A stretch of DNA of 64,000 bases from Squalus acanthias (Eukaryota), in assembly GCA_030390025.1 (NCBI GenBank), contig CM059428.1, positions 147,188,001 to 147,252,000 of the forward strand, in the 5' to 3' direction. Under the pieces are notes generated by a model, which saw only the letters and a list, made by a program, of their open reading frames with translations, was not told the origin of the DNA and searched no databases. The position numbers and the translations under genes are program-made. This document shows positions 12,464 to 24,500 of this stretch, piece by piece (within the stretch, counting starts at the first letter, position 1; the number at the start of each line of letters is the position of its first letter).

Positions 12464-12862
12464 CTCTAAGCAAAAAAACGGCACATACACGATGGCCCAA
12501 ATGGCCTACTTCTATTCTGTAAACTTCAACGATTCTATGGATTGCAGTGCTGCTGTAGCGACAGTACATTTACTGGCCCCAGGAAGGCCAACCGTCTGAT
12601 CCAGTAAGAATAAACAGATCTGGCTGCCAGTCTTTAAAAAAAAAATAGCCATTAGTTATAGAAAACAGGCAGTCTCCCCTTTTGGTTAAATTTCAGAGCC
12701 ACATCAGCCAGGATTTTTGTTTGAGATTCAGAATGAATCTTGAATTCTGGATAGTTTTGTGCTTTGAATTCCAGTCTATGAGTTATGACTGTTCAAAGTA
12801 ATTTCATATCCAATGCATTACATGTGCACGAGAAACTACAAAAGCAGAGACACACCAACACA

Positions 12863-12934
12863 GCAATTAGGGATGGGCAATAAATGCTGGGCTTGCCAGC
12901 GACGCCCACATCCCATAAACAAATAAAAAAAAAC
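12863..12934 (+). mobile_element. Orphan 3' tail of the same LINE family
   Basis: gcaattagggatgggcaataaatgctgggcttgccagcgacgcccacatccc followed by an A-rich tail. Confidence 0.75.
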
Positions 12935-13354
12935 AGAAACACACACCAAGTATACAAACATTTGTTGCAAAACACACTAAGGGCCTCTGGTGGCAGAAAT
13001 CAAATACTGCATGGAAAAAAAATATATGGGGAATATTACAAAGCACAACATAAAAATGTTTAAATCAGAAAAGTAAGACTTTGTGTAGGTTCGGTATGGA
13101 CTGCCTTCACATATTGGTTGCATATTTACATATGTGAACAAGTATGACCAAGAGAAGTATAAAAACAATGAAATCGTTACAATTAGTTAAATTATAAAGA
13201 ATTGCAGTAGTTTTATCTGGTCGAGACTTGTGTACCTTATTGCTTCACAAATGCCTGTTCCACAAGGGTCTGAGACACACTTAAAATTGCTAGTTTGAAG
13301 ATGATTGGTTATATCTCCATAAATAAATATATCCCACTTGTTCCATTTTATGTT

Positions 13355-14665
13355 TAGAAACTAATAGTAAGATTGGGCAGAGTCAACATGGATCTATGAA
13401 AGGGAAATCCTGTTTGACAAACCTATTGGAGTTCTTTGAGGATGTAACTAGTGGAGTAGACAAAGGGGAACCAGTAGATGTGGTGTATTTGGATTTTCAG
13501 AAGGCCTTCGATAAGGTCCCACACAAGAGGTTGGTGAACAACATTAGGGCACATGGAATTGGGGGTAATATACTAGCATGGATTGAGAATTGGTTAACAG
13601 ACAGAAAACAAAGAGTAGGGATAAACGGGTCTTTTTCAGGATGGCAGGCTGTGACTAGTGGGGTACCGCAAGGATCGGTGCTTGGGCCCCAGCTATTCAC
13701 AATCTATATCAATGATTTGGATGAGGGGACTAAATGTAACATTTCCAAATTTGCTGATGACACAAAGCTAGGTGGCAGTGTCAGTTGCGAAGAGGCTTCA
13801 AGGGGATCTCGACAGGCTCAGTGAGTGGGCGAGAACATGGCAGATGGAATATAATGTGGATAAATGTGAAGTTATCCACTTTGGTAGAAAAAACAGAAAG
13901 GCAGAGTATTTCCTAAATGGTGAAAGATTGGGGAATGCAGATGCTCAAAGGGACCTGGGTTTCCTTGTACATGAGTCACTGAAACTGAATGTGCAGGTGC
14001 AGCAAGCCATTAGGAAGGCAAATGGTATGCTGGCCTTCATTATAAGAGGATTTGAGTACAGGAGTAAAGAAGTCTTACTCCAATTATATAGGGCCTTGGC
14101 GAGACCACACCTGGAGTACTGTGTACGATTTTGGTCTCCTTACCGAAGGAAGGATATACTTGCCATACAGGGAGTGCAACGAAGGTTCACAAGATTGATT
14201 CCTGGGATGGCGGGACTGTCGTATGAAAAGAGATTGAGTAAACTAGGCCTGTATTCTCTTGAATTCAGAAGAATGAGAGGGGATCTCATTGAAGCATACA
14301 AAATTATTACAGGGCTTGATAGGGTGGATGCTGGGAGAATGTTTCCCTTGGCTGGGGAGTCTAGAACCAGGGGTCACAGCCTCAGGATAAAGGGTAGGCC
14401 ATTCAGGACTGAGATGAGAAGAAATTTCTTCACAGAGGGTGGTGAATCTTTGGAATTCTCTACCCCAGAGGGCTGTGGAGGCTCAGTCATTGGGTATATT
14501 CAAAACAGAAGTCGATAGATTTCTGACTAGTAAGGGCATCAAGGGATATGGCGATAGGGCCGGTGAATGGAATTGAGGCAGAAGATCAGCCATGATCTCA
14601 TTGAATGGCGGAGCAGGCTCGAAGGGCCGAATGGCCTGCTCCTGCTCCTATTTCTTATGTTCTTA
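13355..14665 (+). mobile_element. CR1 LINE, 5'-truncated (RT and 3' UTR)
   Basis: [32 protein letters not shown] motifs; 3' stem-loop and ttcttatg tail. Confidence 0.93.
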
Positions 14666-14702
14666 TATTTCTTGAATTATTAGCCTTAAAATTAATATAA
14701 CC

Positions 14703-14720
14703 TATATATATATATATATA
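14703..14720. repeat. (TA)9 microsatellite
   Basis: Seen directly. Confidence 0.9.
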
Positions 14721-16129
14721 TCTAATCCTGGGACATTTCTCACTTTCAATTTCCTGGAACTTACAAGCTTTCCACGTGTTTAATTCTTTGTACAACTTAA
14801 TTAACATAAGAACATAAGAACTAGGAGCAGGAGTACGCCATACGGCCCCTCAAGCCTGCTCCGCCATTCAATAAGATCATGGCTGATCTTCAACCTCAAC
14901 TCCACCTTCCTGCCCGATCCCCATATCCCTTGATTCCCCGGAGTCCAAAAACCAATCTATTTCAGCCTTGAATATACTCAACGATTCAGCATCCACAGCC
15001 CTAAGGGGTAGAGAATTCTAAATATTCACAACCGTCAGTGAAGAAATTCCTCCTCGTCTCAGTCTTAAATGGCCGACCCCTTATCCTGAGACCATGCCCC
15101 CTAGTTCTAGACTCTCCAGCCAGGGGAAACAACCTCTCAACATCTACTCCATCAATCCCCCTCAGAATCTTATATGTTTCAATGAGATCAACTTCAGAGA
15201 GTATGGGCCCAATCTACTCAAGCTCTCCTCATAAGAAAACCCTCTCATCCCAGGAATCAATCTAGTGAACCTTCAATGCACCGCCTCCAAGGCAAGTTTT
15301 TCCTTCCTCAGATAAGGAGACCAAAACTGTGCACAATACTCCAGGTGTGGTCTCACCAAAGCCAACCTCCTTTCAATTAAGGCCAACATGCCAATTGTCT
15401 TCCTAAATGCTTGCTGTACCTGCATGCTAACTCTGTTTCCAGTAGGAGGATGCCGAAGTCTATCTGAACACCAACATTTAATAGTTTCTCACCATTTAAA
15501 AAATATTCTGTTTTTCTATTTTTCGTACCAAATTGAATAACCTCAAATTTCCCCACATTATACTCCATTTGCCACCTTACTGCCAACTCACTTAACCTGT
15601 CTATACCCCTTTGCAGGCTCTGTGTGTCCTCCTCACAGCTTACTTTCCCTCCTAGCTTTGTATCGTCAGCAAACTTGGATACATTGCACTCGGTCCCTTC
15701 ATCAAAGTCATTAATATAGATTGTAAATAGGGAGAAAATAGAATATGAAAGTAAATTAGCAAGAAATATAAAAACAGATTGTAAAAGCTTCTAAAAGTAT
15801 GTAAAAAGGAAGAGAGCAGCAAAAGTAAGTGTTGGCCCAAGCACTGATCCTTGTGGCATCCCACTAGTTACAGCCTGCCAACCTGAAAATTACCCATTTA
15901 TCACTACTCTGTTTTCTGTCCGTTAACCAATCCTCTATCCATGCTAATATATTATCCCACCCCATGAGCACTTATCCTGCGTAACAAGCTTTTATGTGAA
16001 ATCCAAATATACTACATCCACTGGTTCCCCTTTATCTACCCTGATGCGGAGATGCCGGTGTTGGACTGGGGTGGACAAAAATGAGAAGTCGCACAACACC
16101 AGGTTATAGTCCAACAGATTTATTTAAAA

Positions 16130-16167
16130 TTACAAGCTTTCGGAGCTGTCGCCCCTTCGTCAGGCAA
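16130..16167 (-). ncRNA. Minimal type I hammerhead ribozyme motif (mirror copy)
   Basis: Exact reverse complement of 16837-16874. Confidence 0.78.
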
Positions 16168-16254
16168 AGGTACAGTGAGTGAATCTACAACATTACACCG
16201 TATATAAACACAGACACTGCAGAGATACAATCTTTCAGGGAAGGTGTCCTTACC

Positions 16255-16605
16255 CACCAGGTACATGGTACATACTCATGTGACTCGGCCAACATTGTCT
16301 ACCTGATACGTTGCAGGAAAGGATGCCCCAGAGCATGGTACATCGGCGAGACCATGCAGACACTCAGACAACGTATGAACGGACACCGCGCAACAATCGC
16401 CAGGCAGGATTGCTGCCTCCCAGTCGGGGAACACTTCAGCAGTCAAGGACATTCAGCCTCGGATCTGCGGGTTAGCGTTCTCCAAGGCGGCCTTCGAGAC
16501 ACACGACAACGCAAAATCATCGAGCAGAAACTGATAGCCAAGTTCCGCACCCATGAGGATGGCCTCAATAGGGATATCGGGTTCATGTCACGCTACAGAA
16601 TGTGA
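16255..16605 (+). pseudogene. C-terminal GIY-YIG endonuclease fragment of the Penelope-like element
   Basis: Open frame HQVHGTYSCDSANIVYLIRCRKGCPRAWYIGETMQTLRQRMNGHR...VGEHF...EQKLIAKFRTHEDGLNRD. Shows IVY...YIGET, R-x3-H, HF, E and GLN motifs of PLE GIY-YIG domains. No RT region. Confidence 0.9.
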
Positions 16606-16836
16606 CTTGACATTGTTGTCTGTCTTTCCAGTTTAAAAAAAAACTTTAAAAAAACAAACTCAAAAAAAAACTGCAGACAGCAGGATTTGACACGTTGGAC
16701 CCCCTGTGACACATCTCATTGTCTTGGCTGTGCTCTGGTATGTCTTTGATGTAAGGACACCTTCCCTGAAAGATTGTATCTCTGCAGTGTCTGTGTTTAT
16801 ATACGGTGTAATGTTGTAGATTCACTCACTGTACCT

Positions 16837-16874
16837 TTGCCTGACGAAGGGGCGACAGCTCCGAAAGCTTGTAA
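16837..16874 (+). ncRNA. Minimal type I hammerhead ribozyme motif
   Basis: UUGC-CUGACGA-A-GGGGC(gaca)GCUCC-GAAA-GCUU-GUAA; stems I and II each pair with one G-U wobble. Confidence 0.78.
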
Positions 16875-18685
16875 TTTTAAATAAATCTGTTGGACTATAA
16901 CCTGGTGTTGTGCGACTTCTCATTTTTATCTACCCTGGTAGTTACATCCTCCAAAAAACTAATAAATTTGTCAAACACTATTTCCCTTTCATAAAACCAT
17001 GTTGACTCTGCCTGATCATATTATGATTTTCTAAATGCTCTGTTACCACTTCCTTAATAATGGATTCCAGCATTTTCCCCAACGACTGATGTCCGGCTAA
17101 CTGGCCTGTAGTTCAGTTTTCTCTCTCCCTCCTTTCTTGAATAGCAGGGTTACATTTGCTACCTTCCAATCCACTGAGACAATTCTAGGGAATTTTGGTA
17201 GATCACAACCAATGCATCCACTATCTCTGCAGCCACCTCTTTTAGAACCCTAGGATGTAGGCCGTCAGGGCCAGGGGATTTGTCGGCATTTAGTTCCATT
17301 AAGTTTCCCCACTTTTTCTCTACTGATATTAATTACTTTTAAGTTCCTCACTCTCATTAGCCCCTTGGTTCCCCACCATCTTTGGTATGCTTTTTGTGTC
17401 TTCTACTGTGAAGACAGGTACAACACATTTGTTTAAAGTCTCCGCCATTTCCTTACTCCCCATTATAATTTCTCCTGTCTCAGCCTCTAAGGGACCAACG
17501 CTTACTTTTGCTGCTCTCTTCCTTTTTACATACTTGTAGAAGCTCTTACAATCTGTTTTTATATTTCTTGCTGATTTACTCTCATATTCTATTTTCTCCC
17601 TTTTAAAAATAATTTTGGTCATCCTTTGCTGGTTTCTAAAGGTTTCCCAATCCTCAGGCTTACTACTATTCTTCGCTACATTATAAGCCTCTTCTTTTAA
17701 TCTAATACTAACCTTAACTTCTTTAGTTAGCCACGGATGGATCACTTTTCCCGTGGAGTTTTTATTTCTCAATGTAATGTATATTCGTTGAGAATTTTGG
17801 AATATTTCTTTAAATGTTTGCCACTGCTTATCTACCATCATTCCTTTTAATCTAATTTCCCAATCTACTTTAGCCAACTCACCCCTCAGATCTATGTAAT
17901 TGACTTTATTTAAGTTTAAGACTCAAGTATGTAATTTTCAAAATTAATGTGAAATTCTATCATATTATGATCACTCTTCCCCAGAGGATCCTTTACTATG
18001 AGATTACTAATTTACCCTGTCTCATTATACAATACAAGATCTAAAATAGCCTGCACCCGGGTTAGTTCCACGACGTATTGTTCTTGGAAACTGTCTCAAA
18101 TGCATTCCATGAACTCGCCCTCCAGACTACCTTTGCCAATTTGATGTGCCCAGTCTATATGAAGATTAAAGTCACCCAACAATTATTGCCTTACCTTTGT
18201 ATTAAATAAGAAATAATAGGAGCATGTAACACTGTCCAACAGTACAGCTACTCCCACCAGTATTTTCTGCCCCATGTTATTTCTTATCCTTACCCATACA
18301 GATTCTACTTCCTGATCTTCCGAGCCAAGATCCTTTCTCGCTACTGTCCATATGTCATCCTTTATCAGTACTACACCCCTCCTTTTCCATTCTGCCTGTC
18401 TTTTCCAAACATCAAGTACCCTGGAATATTTAGTTCCCAACCTTGGTCACCTTGCAACCACGTCTCTGTAATAGCTATTAGATCAAACCCATTTATCTCT
18501 ATTTGTGCCACTAATTAGTCTATCTTGTTACGAATGCTTCATGCATTCAGATACCCTGCTTTCCCTTTATTCGCTGATGCACTATTACCATTAAACTGTC
18601 TGTCCCTTCCTGTCACACTCTGCTTATCTTTACCCAAATCGCTACAATGCTCCATTGCCTTGACTAAATTTCCCCTCATCTGATC

Positions 18686-20406
18686 ATAGAAACATAGAAG
18701 ATAGGAGCAGGAGTAGGCCATTCGGCCCCTCGAGCCTGCTCCGCCATTTAATGAGATCATGGCTGATCATCCAAATTCAGTACCCTGTCCCTGCTTTCTC
18801 CCCATATCCCTTGATCCCTTTAGCCTTAAGAAATACATCTAACTCCTTCTTGAATATATTTAATGAATTGGCCTCAACTGCCTTCTGTGGTAGAGAATTC
18901 CACAGGTTCAGCACTCTCTGGGTGAAGAAATACCTCCTCATCTCAGTCCTAAATGGCTTACCCCTTATCCTTAGACTGTGACCCCTGGTTCTGGACTCCC
19001 CCGCCATCAGGAACATCCTTCCTGCATCTAGTCCCGTTAGAATTTTATAAGTTTCAATGAGATCCCCTCTCATTCTTCTAAACTCTAGCGAATACAAGCC
19101 CAATCGTCCCAATCTCTCTTCATAAGTCATTCCTGCCATCCCAGGTATCAGTCTGGTGAATCTTCACTGCACTCCCTCCATGGCAAGAACATCCTTCCTC
19201 AGATAAGGCGACCAAAACTGCACACAATACTCAAGGTGTGGTCTCACCAAGGCCCTGTACAACTGTAGCAAGACATCCTTGCTCCTGTACTCGAATCCTC
19301 TCGCTATGAAGGCCAACATACCATTTGCCTTCTTAACCGCCTGCTGCACCTGCATGCTTACCTTCAACGACTGGTGCACAAGGTCTCCCAGGTCTCGTTG
19401 CATTTCCCCTTTTCCCAATCTATTGCCGTTCAGATAATAATCTGCCTTCCTGTTTTTGCCACCAAAGTGGATAACCTCGCATTTATCCACATTATACTGC
19501 ATCTGCCATGCATCTGCCCAATCACCCAACTTGTCCAAATCATACTAGAGTTTCTCTGCATCCTCCTCAAACACACACGCCCACCCAGCTTTGTGTCGTC
19601 TGCAAACTTGGAGATATTACATCTAGTTCCCTCGTCTAGATCATTAATATATATTGTGAATAACTGGGGTCCTAGCACCGATCCCTGCGGTACCCCACTA
19701 GTCACTGCCTGCCACTCGGAAAAACACCCGTTTATTCCAACTCTTTGCTTCCTGTCTGCCAACCAGTTCTCTATCCAAGTCAGTACCTTACCCCCAATCC
19801 CACGTGCTTTAACTTTGCACGCCAATCTCTTATGCGGGACCTTACCGAAAGCCTTCTGAAAGTCCAAATACACCACATCCACTGGTTCTCCCTTATCTAT
19901 TCTACCAGTTACATCCTCAAAAAATTCCAGTAGATTAGTCAAGCATGATTTACCTTTTGTAAATCTATGTTGACTTTGTCCGATCCTGTCACTGTTTTCC
20001 AAGTGCTCTGCTATTACATCTTTTATAATGGACTCTAGCATTTTCCCCACTACCGATGTCAGGCTTATAATTCCCCGTTTTCTCTCTCCCACCTTTTTTA
20101 AATAGTGGGGTTACATTAGCTACCCTCCAATCCATGGGAACTGTTCCAGAGTCTATAGAATTTTGGAAGATGACCAGCAATGCATCTACTATTTCTAGGG
20201 CCACTTCCTTAAGTACCCTAGGATGTAGATTATCAGGCCCTGGGGATTTATCGGCCTTCAATCCCGTCAATTTCCCTAACACCATTTCCCTACAAATACT
20301 GATTTCATTCAGTTCTTCCCTCTCATTGGACCCTATGTTCCCCGACATCTCTGAGAGGTTATTTGTGTCCTCCTTTGTGAAGACAGAACCAAAGTATGTA
20401 TTTAAT
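18686..20406 (-). mobile_element. Younger CR1 LINE, 5'-truncated, nested
   Basis: [19 protein letters not shown] and FADD motifs; catagaaa tail; TGATC duplicated at 18681-18685 and 20407-20411. Confidence 0.92.
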
Positions 20407-20744
20407 TGATCTCTCCGCCCACCCCACCTTTTAGTTTAAAGCCCTATCTACAGCCCTAGTTATTTGATTTGCCAGGACACTGGTCCCAGCCTGGTTTAAG
20501 TGGAGTCCGTTCCAACAGAACAGCTCCTTCTTTCCCCAGTACTGGTGCTAGTGCCCTATGAATCGAAACCCCTTCCTCCCACACCACGCATTTAACTCGG
20601 ATCTGCTTGTCCTGATGCCAATTTGCACATGGCTCAGTTAACAATCCAGAGATTATTACCTCTTGTAAAAGAACAAGAATTCCTGTATATACAAGAACAC
20701 TGCAATCAAAGAGTACATGTGCTCCATGACCAACCAGTTAGCTC

Positions 20745-21547
20745 AGGAAAATGCTGGAGTCCATTGTTAAGGAAGTGGTATCAGGGCACTTAGAAAATCA
20801 TAACATGATTAAGCAGAGTCAACATGGTTTTATAAAAGGGAAATCATGTTTGACAAATTTATTTGAGTTTTTTGAGGATGTAACTAGCAGGGTAGATAAA
20901 GGGGAACCAGTGGATGTAGTATATCTGGATTTCCAAAAGACATTTGATAAGGTGCCACATAAAACGTTATTACACAAGATAAGGGCTCATGGGGTTGGGG
21001 ATAATATAGTAGCATGGATAGAGGATTGGTTAACGGACATAAAAGAGAGAGTAGGGATAAACGGGTCTTTATTAGAAACATAGAAACTAGGAGCAGGAGT
21101 AGGCCATTTGGCCCGTCGAGCCTGCTCCACCATTCAATATGATCATGGCTGATCATCCAAATCCAGTACCCTGTCCCTGCTTTCTCACACAGAATCCCCA
21201 TCGAGCCTGCACCGACACATATCCCACCCTATCCCCGTAACCCCACGTATTTAATTCCCCCCAACATATCCCTTCCTATCCTATCCCCGTAACCCCACAT
21301 ATTTAATCCCCCCCTAACACTAAGGGTCAATTTATCATAGCCAAATCAACCTAACCCGCACATTTTTGGACTGTGGGAGGAAACCGGAGCACCCGGAGGA
21401 AACCCACGCAAACACGGGGAGAATGTGCAAACTCCACACAGACAGTCACCCGAGGCCAGATTCGAACCCAGGTCCCTGGCGCTGTGAGGCACCAGTGCTA
21501 ACCACTATGCCACCGTGTTGCCCTTAGGTTGGCAGGCTGTAACTAGT
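20745..21547 (+). mobile_element. CR1 RT fragment split by a SINE insertion
   Basis: ORF 20751-21083 ([14 protein letters not shown]...); the frame context INGSF|GWQAVTS resumes at ~21523. Confidence 0.8.
21072..21522 (-). mobile_element. HE1-like V-SINE joined to a CR1 3' tail
   Basis: tRNA head GGGCAACACGGTGGCATAGTGG...GGTTCGAATC; V-domain TGGAGTTTGCACATTCTCCCCGTG...GGGTTTCCTCCGGGTGCTCCGGTTTCCTCCCAC; then CR1 3' UTR at 21072-21186. Confidence 0.85.
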
Positions 21548-24500
21548 CATAGAGTCATAACAGCACAGAAGGAGCGGCCATCGAGTCTGTGCCAGCTCTC
21601 TGTAGAGCAATCCAGTCAGTGCCATTCCCCCGCTCTATCCCCGTAGCCCTGCAAGTTTATTTCCCTCAAGTGTCTATCCAGTCTCCCCTTGAAAACATTG
21701 AGTGTCTCCGCTTCCACCACTTCCGTTGGCAGCGAATTCCAGGTCATCACCACTCGCTGCGTAAAACAGTTTTTCCTCACATCCCCCCTGTATCTCTTGC
21801 CCAAAACCTTAAATCAGTGTCCCCTAATCCTTGTACCAAAAACTAGTGGGAACAGCCTTTCCCCATCTAGCCTATCCAAACCCGTCATAATCTTGTACAC
21901 CTCTATCAAATCACCCCTCAACCTCCTTTGCTCTAAAGAAAACAAATCCAGCTTCTCCAGCCTGTCCTTGTAGCTAAGATCCCCCAACCCCAGAACCATT
22001 CTGGTAAATCTCCTCTGCACCCTCTCAAGGGCCTTCACATCCTTCCTAAAGTGCGAAGACCAGAACTGGACGCAATACTCCAGCGCTTTATAAAGGTTCA
22101 GCATAACTTCTCTACTTTTGAACTCAATACCTCTATTTATGAAGCCCAAGATCCCATATATTTTGTTAACCACTCTCTCAATATGTCCTGCCACCTTCAG
22201 GGACCTATGCACATTAACTCCCAGGTCCCTCTGTCCCTGCACACTCTTTAAAACTGTGCCATGAAGTGTATATTGCCTCGCCCTTTTCCTTCTGCCAAAA
22301 TGCATCACCTCACACTTCTCTGTATTAAATTCCATCTGCCACTTGTCTGCCCATTCTGCTAGCCTTTATATGTCCTGTTGCAGTTGATTGGTATAATCAT
22401 CACTGTTTGCCACACCCTCAAGTTTGGTGTCATCGACAAATTTAGAAATTCTACTCTGTATTCCAATATCCAGGTAATTTATACATATCAAAAAAAGCAG
22501 TGGCCCCAGCACCGACCCTTGGGGAACACCACTGTCTACCATCCTCCAGTCTGAAAGACAGCCATTTACCACAACTCGCTGTTTTCTGTCCTTAAGCCAA
22601 TTCCTTATACAAGCTGTCACTGACCCACCTATTCCATGAGCCTCAATTTTGTTAACCAGCCTTCTATGTGGTACTTTGTCAAATGCCTTCCGAAAATCCA
22701 TGTAGACAATATCCACTGCATTCCCTTCATCAATCCTCCCTGTTACTTCATCAAAAAATTCAATTAGATTAGTTAAACACGATCTGCCTTTTACAAATCC
22801 GTGTTGGCTCTCCTCAATTAGCTTAAACCTCTCCAAGTGCCCGTTAATTTTTTCCTTGATTATTGTTTCTAAAACTTTACCCACCACTGATGTTAAACTG
22901 ACTGGCTTGTAGTTACTAGGATTGTCCTTGCACCCTTTCTTGAACAATGGGGTCACATTTGCCACTTTCCAATCCTTAGGCACCTTGCCCGGATCTAGGG
23001 AAGATTGGAAAATTATGGCAAGCCCTTCTGCTATCTCCTCCCCCAATTCCCTTAGCAACCTGGGATGCAAGCCATCTGGACCAGGCGACTTGTCCACTCT
23101 AAGCATACCCAGCCTTTCTAGTACATGTTGTCGATCAATTTTCACCGCTTCCATTGCTTCTAGCTTTTCCACTTCTACTGATATTTTGTTAGCATCCACC
23201 TCCTTAGTAAACACTGATACAAAGTACTCTGATTATTCAACCTTGCCCTGCACCTCTAAGCATATATCACCTTCTTTGTCTCGAATAGGTCCCACCCCGC
23301 CTCTTACTACCCGCTTACTGTTTACATGCCGGCAGAAGATTTTTGGGTTCCCTTTTATGTTAACCGCCATTCTACTCTCATATTCTCTCTTTGCCAATCT
23401 TATTTTCATCTTCACATCCCCTCTCAACTTATTGTATTTGGTCTGGTTCTCCCTTGAAGAATTTACCTGACATGCATCGTACACCCTCTTTTTTTGTTTC
23501 ATCATCTTCTCTATCTCCCTCATCATCCAAGGAGCCCTTGCTTTGGTTCCCTTACCCTTCCCTCTTGTTGGAATGTACCTAGCCTGTACTTGGAACATCT
23601 CCTCCTTAAAGATCACCCATTGTTCCATTACAGTTTTTCCTGTCAGTCTTTAGTTCCCAAGGCTAGATCCTTTCGCATCCCATTGAATTTAGCCCTATTC
23701 CAGTTTAGAAGTTCCACTCTAGATTATTCCTTACTCCTCTCCATTGCTAATCTAAATCTTATGATACGATGATCACTCGTACCCAAGTGTTCTCCCACAG
23801 ACACTTGGTCGACCTGGCCCACCTCATTCCCCAGCACCAGATCCAGCAATGCCTCCTTCCTAGTTGGGCCAAGAACATATTGGTCAAGGAAATTCTCCTT
23901 TACACATTTCAGAAATTCCTCCCCCTCCTTTCCCTTTATCTTAGCATTATCCCAATCGATATTTGGGTAATTAAAGTCCCCCAATATCACAACTCTATAG
24001 CTATTGCATATCTCTGCGATTTCCCTGCAGATTTGCTCCTCTACCTCCCTCTCACTATTTGGAGGCCTACAGAATACCCCCAATAGTGTAATCATACCCT
24101 TTTTGCTCCTCAACTCTAACCAAATGGATTCTGTCCTTGTCCCCTCAAGAACATCCTCCCTTTCCAACACTACAATGTCGTCCTTAATCAGCACTGCCAC
24201 CCCACCTCCCTTTTTTCCTTCCCTATCTTTTCTGAACACCTTGTACCCTTGAATATTAAGTGCCCAGTCCTCACTGTTTTAAGCCACGTTTCCGTTATTG
24301 CCACATGGCTAATTATGCTTGTAGCTCACCAACCTTATTCACCACACTTTGCGCGTTTACGTAAATGCATTCTAAACCCATTTTTGAATTTTTCCTAGTC
24401 TTTCTTAGTCTGCTCCTATCTAATATGGTACTACTACCGCCTCCAGCACCATCTTCTCTAGTACTATCCAAAACACACACTCTTTTATGCATCTTATTCC

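Larger units (their letters stand above)
16043..16927 (+). mobile_element. 5'-truncated Penelope-like element with inverted pseudo-LTR
   Basis: Perfect 177-bp inverted arms at 16077-16253 and 16751-16927 and a 34-nt extension at 16043-16076. TSD TTTATCTACCCT(G) at 16031-16043 and 16925-16937. Contains an internal GIY-YIG fragment and interrupts a CR1 RT region. Confidence 0.93.
14802..20660 (-). mobile_element. Long decayed CR1 LINE (ORF2 plus end of esterase ORF1) hosting nested PLE and CR1 insertions
   Basis: (aacataag)n tail at 14802; RT and APE fragments to ~18680; resumes at 20407-20660 with GLHLN-type ORF1 sequence. Confidence 0.85.

Noticed and set aside
21450-21522. tRNA gene
   Set aside because: It continues directly into a V-domain, so it is a SINE head. 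The same reasoning applies to 32281-32363 and 10560-10633.
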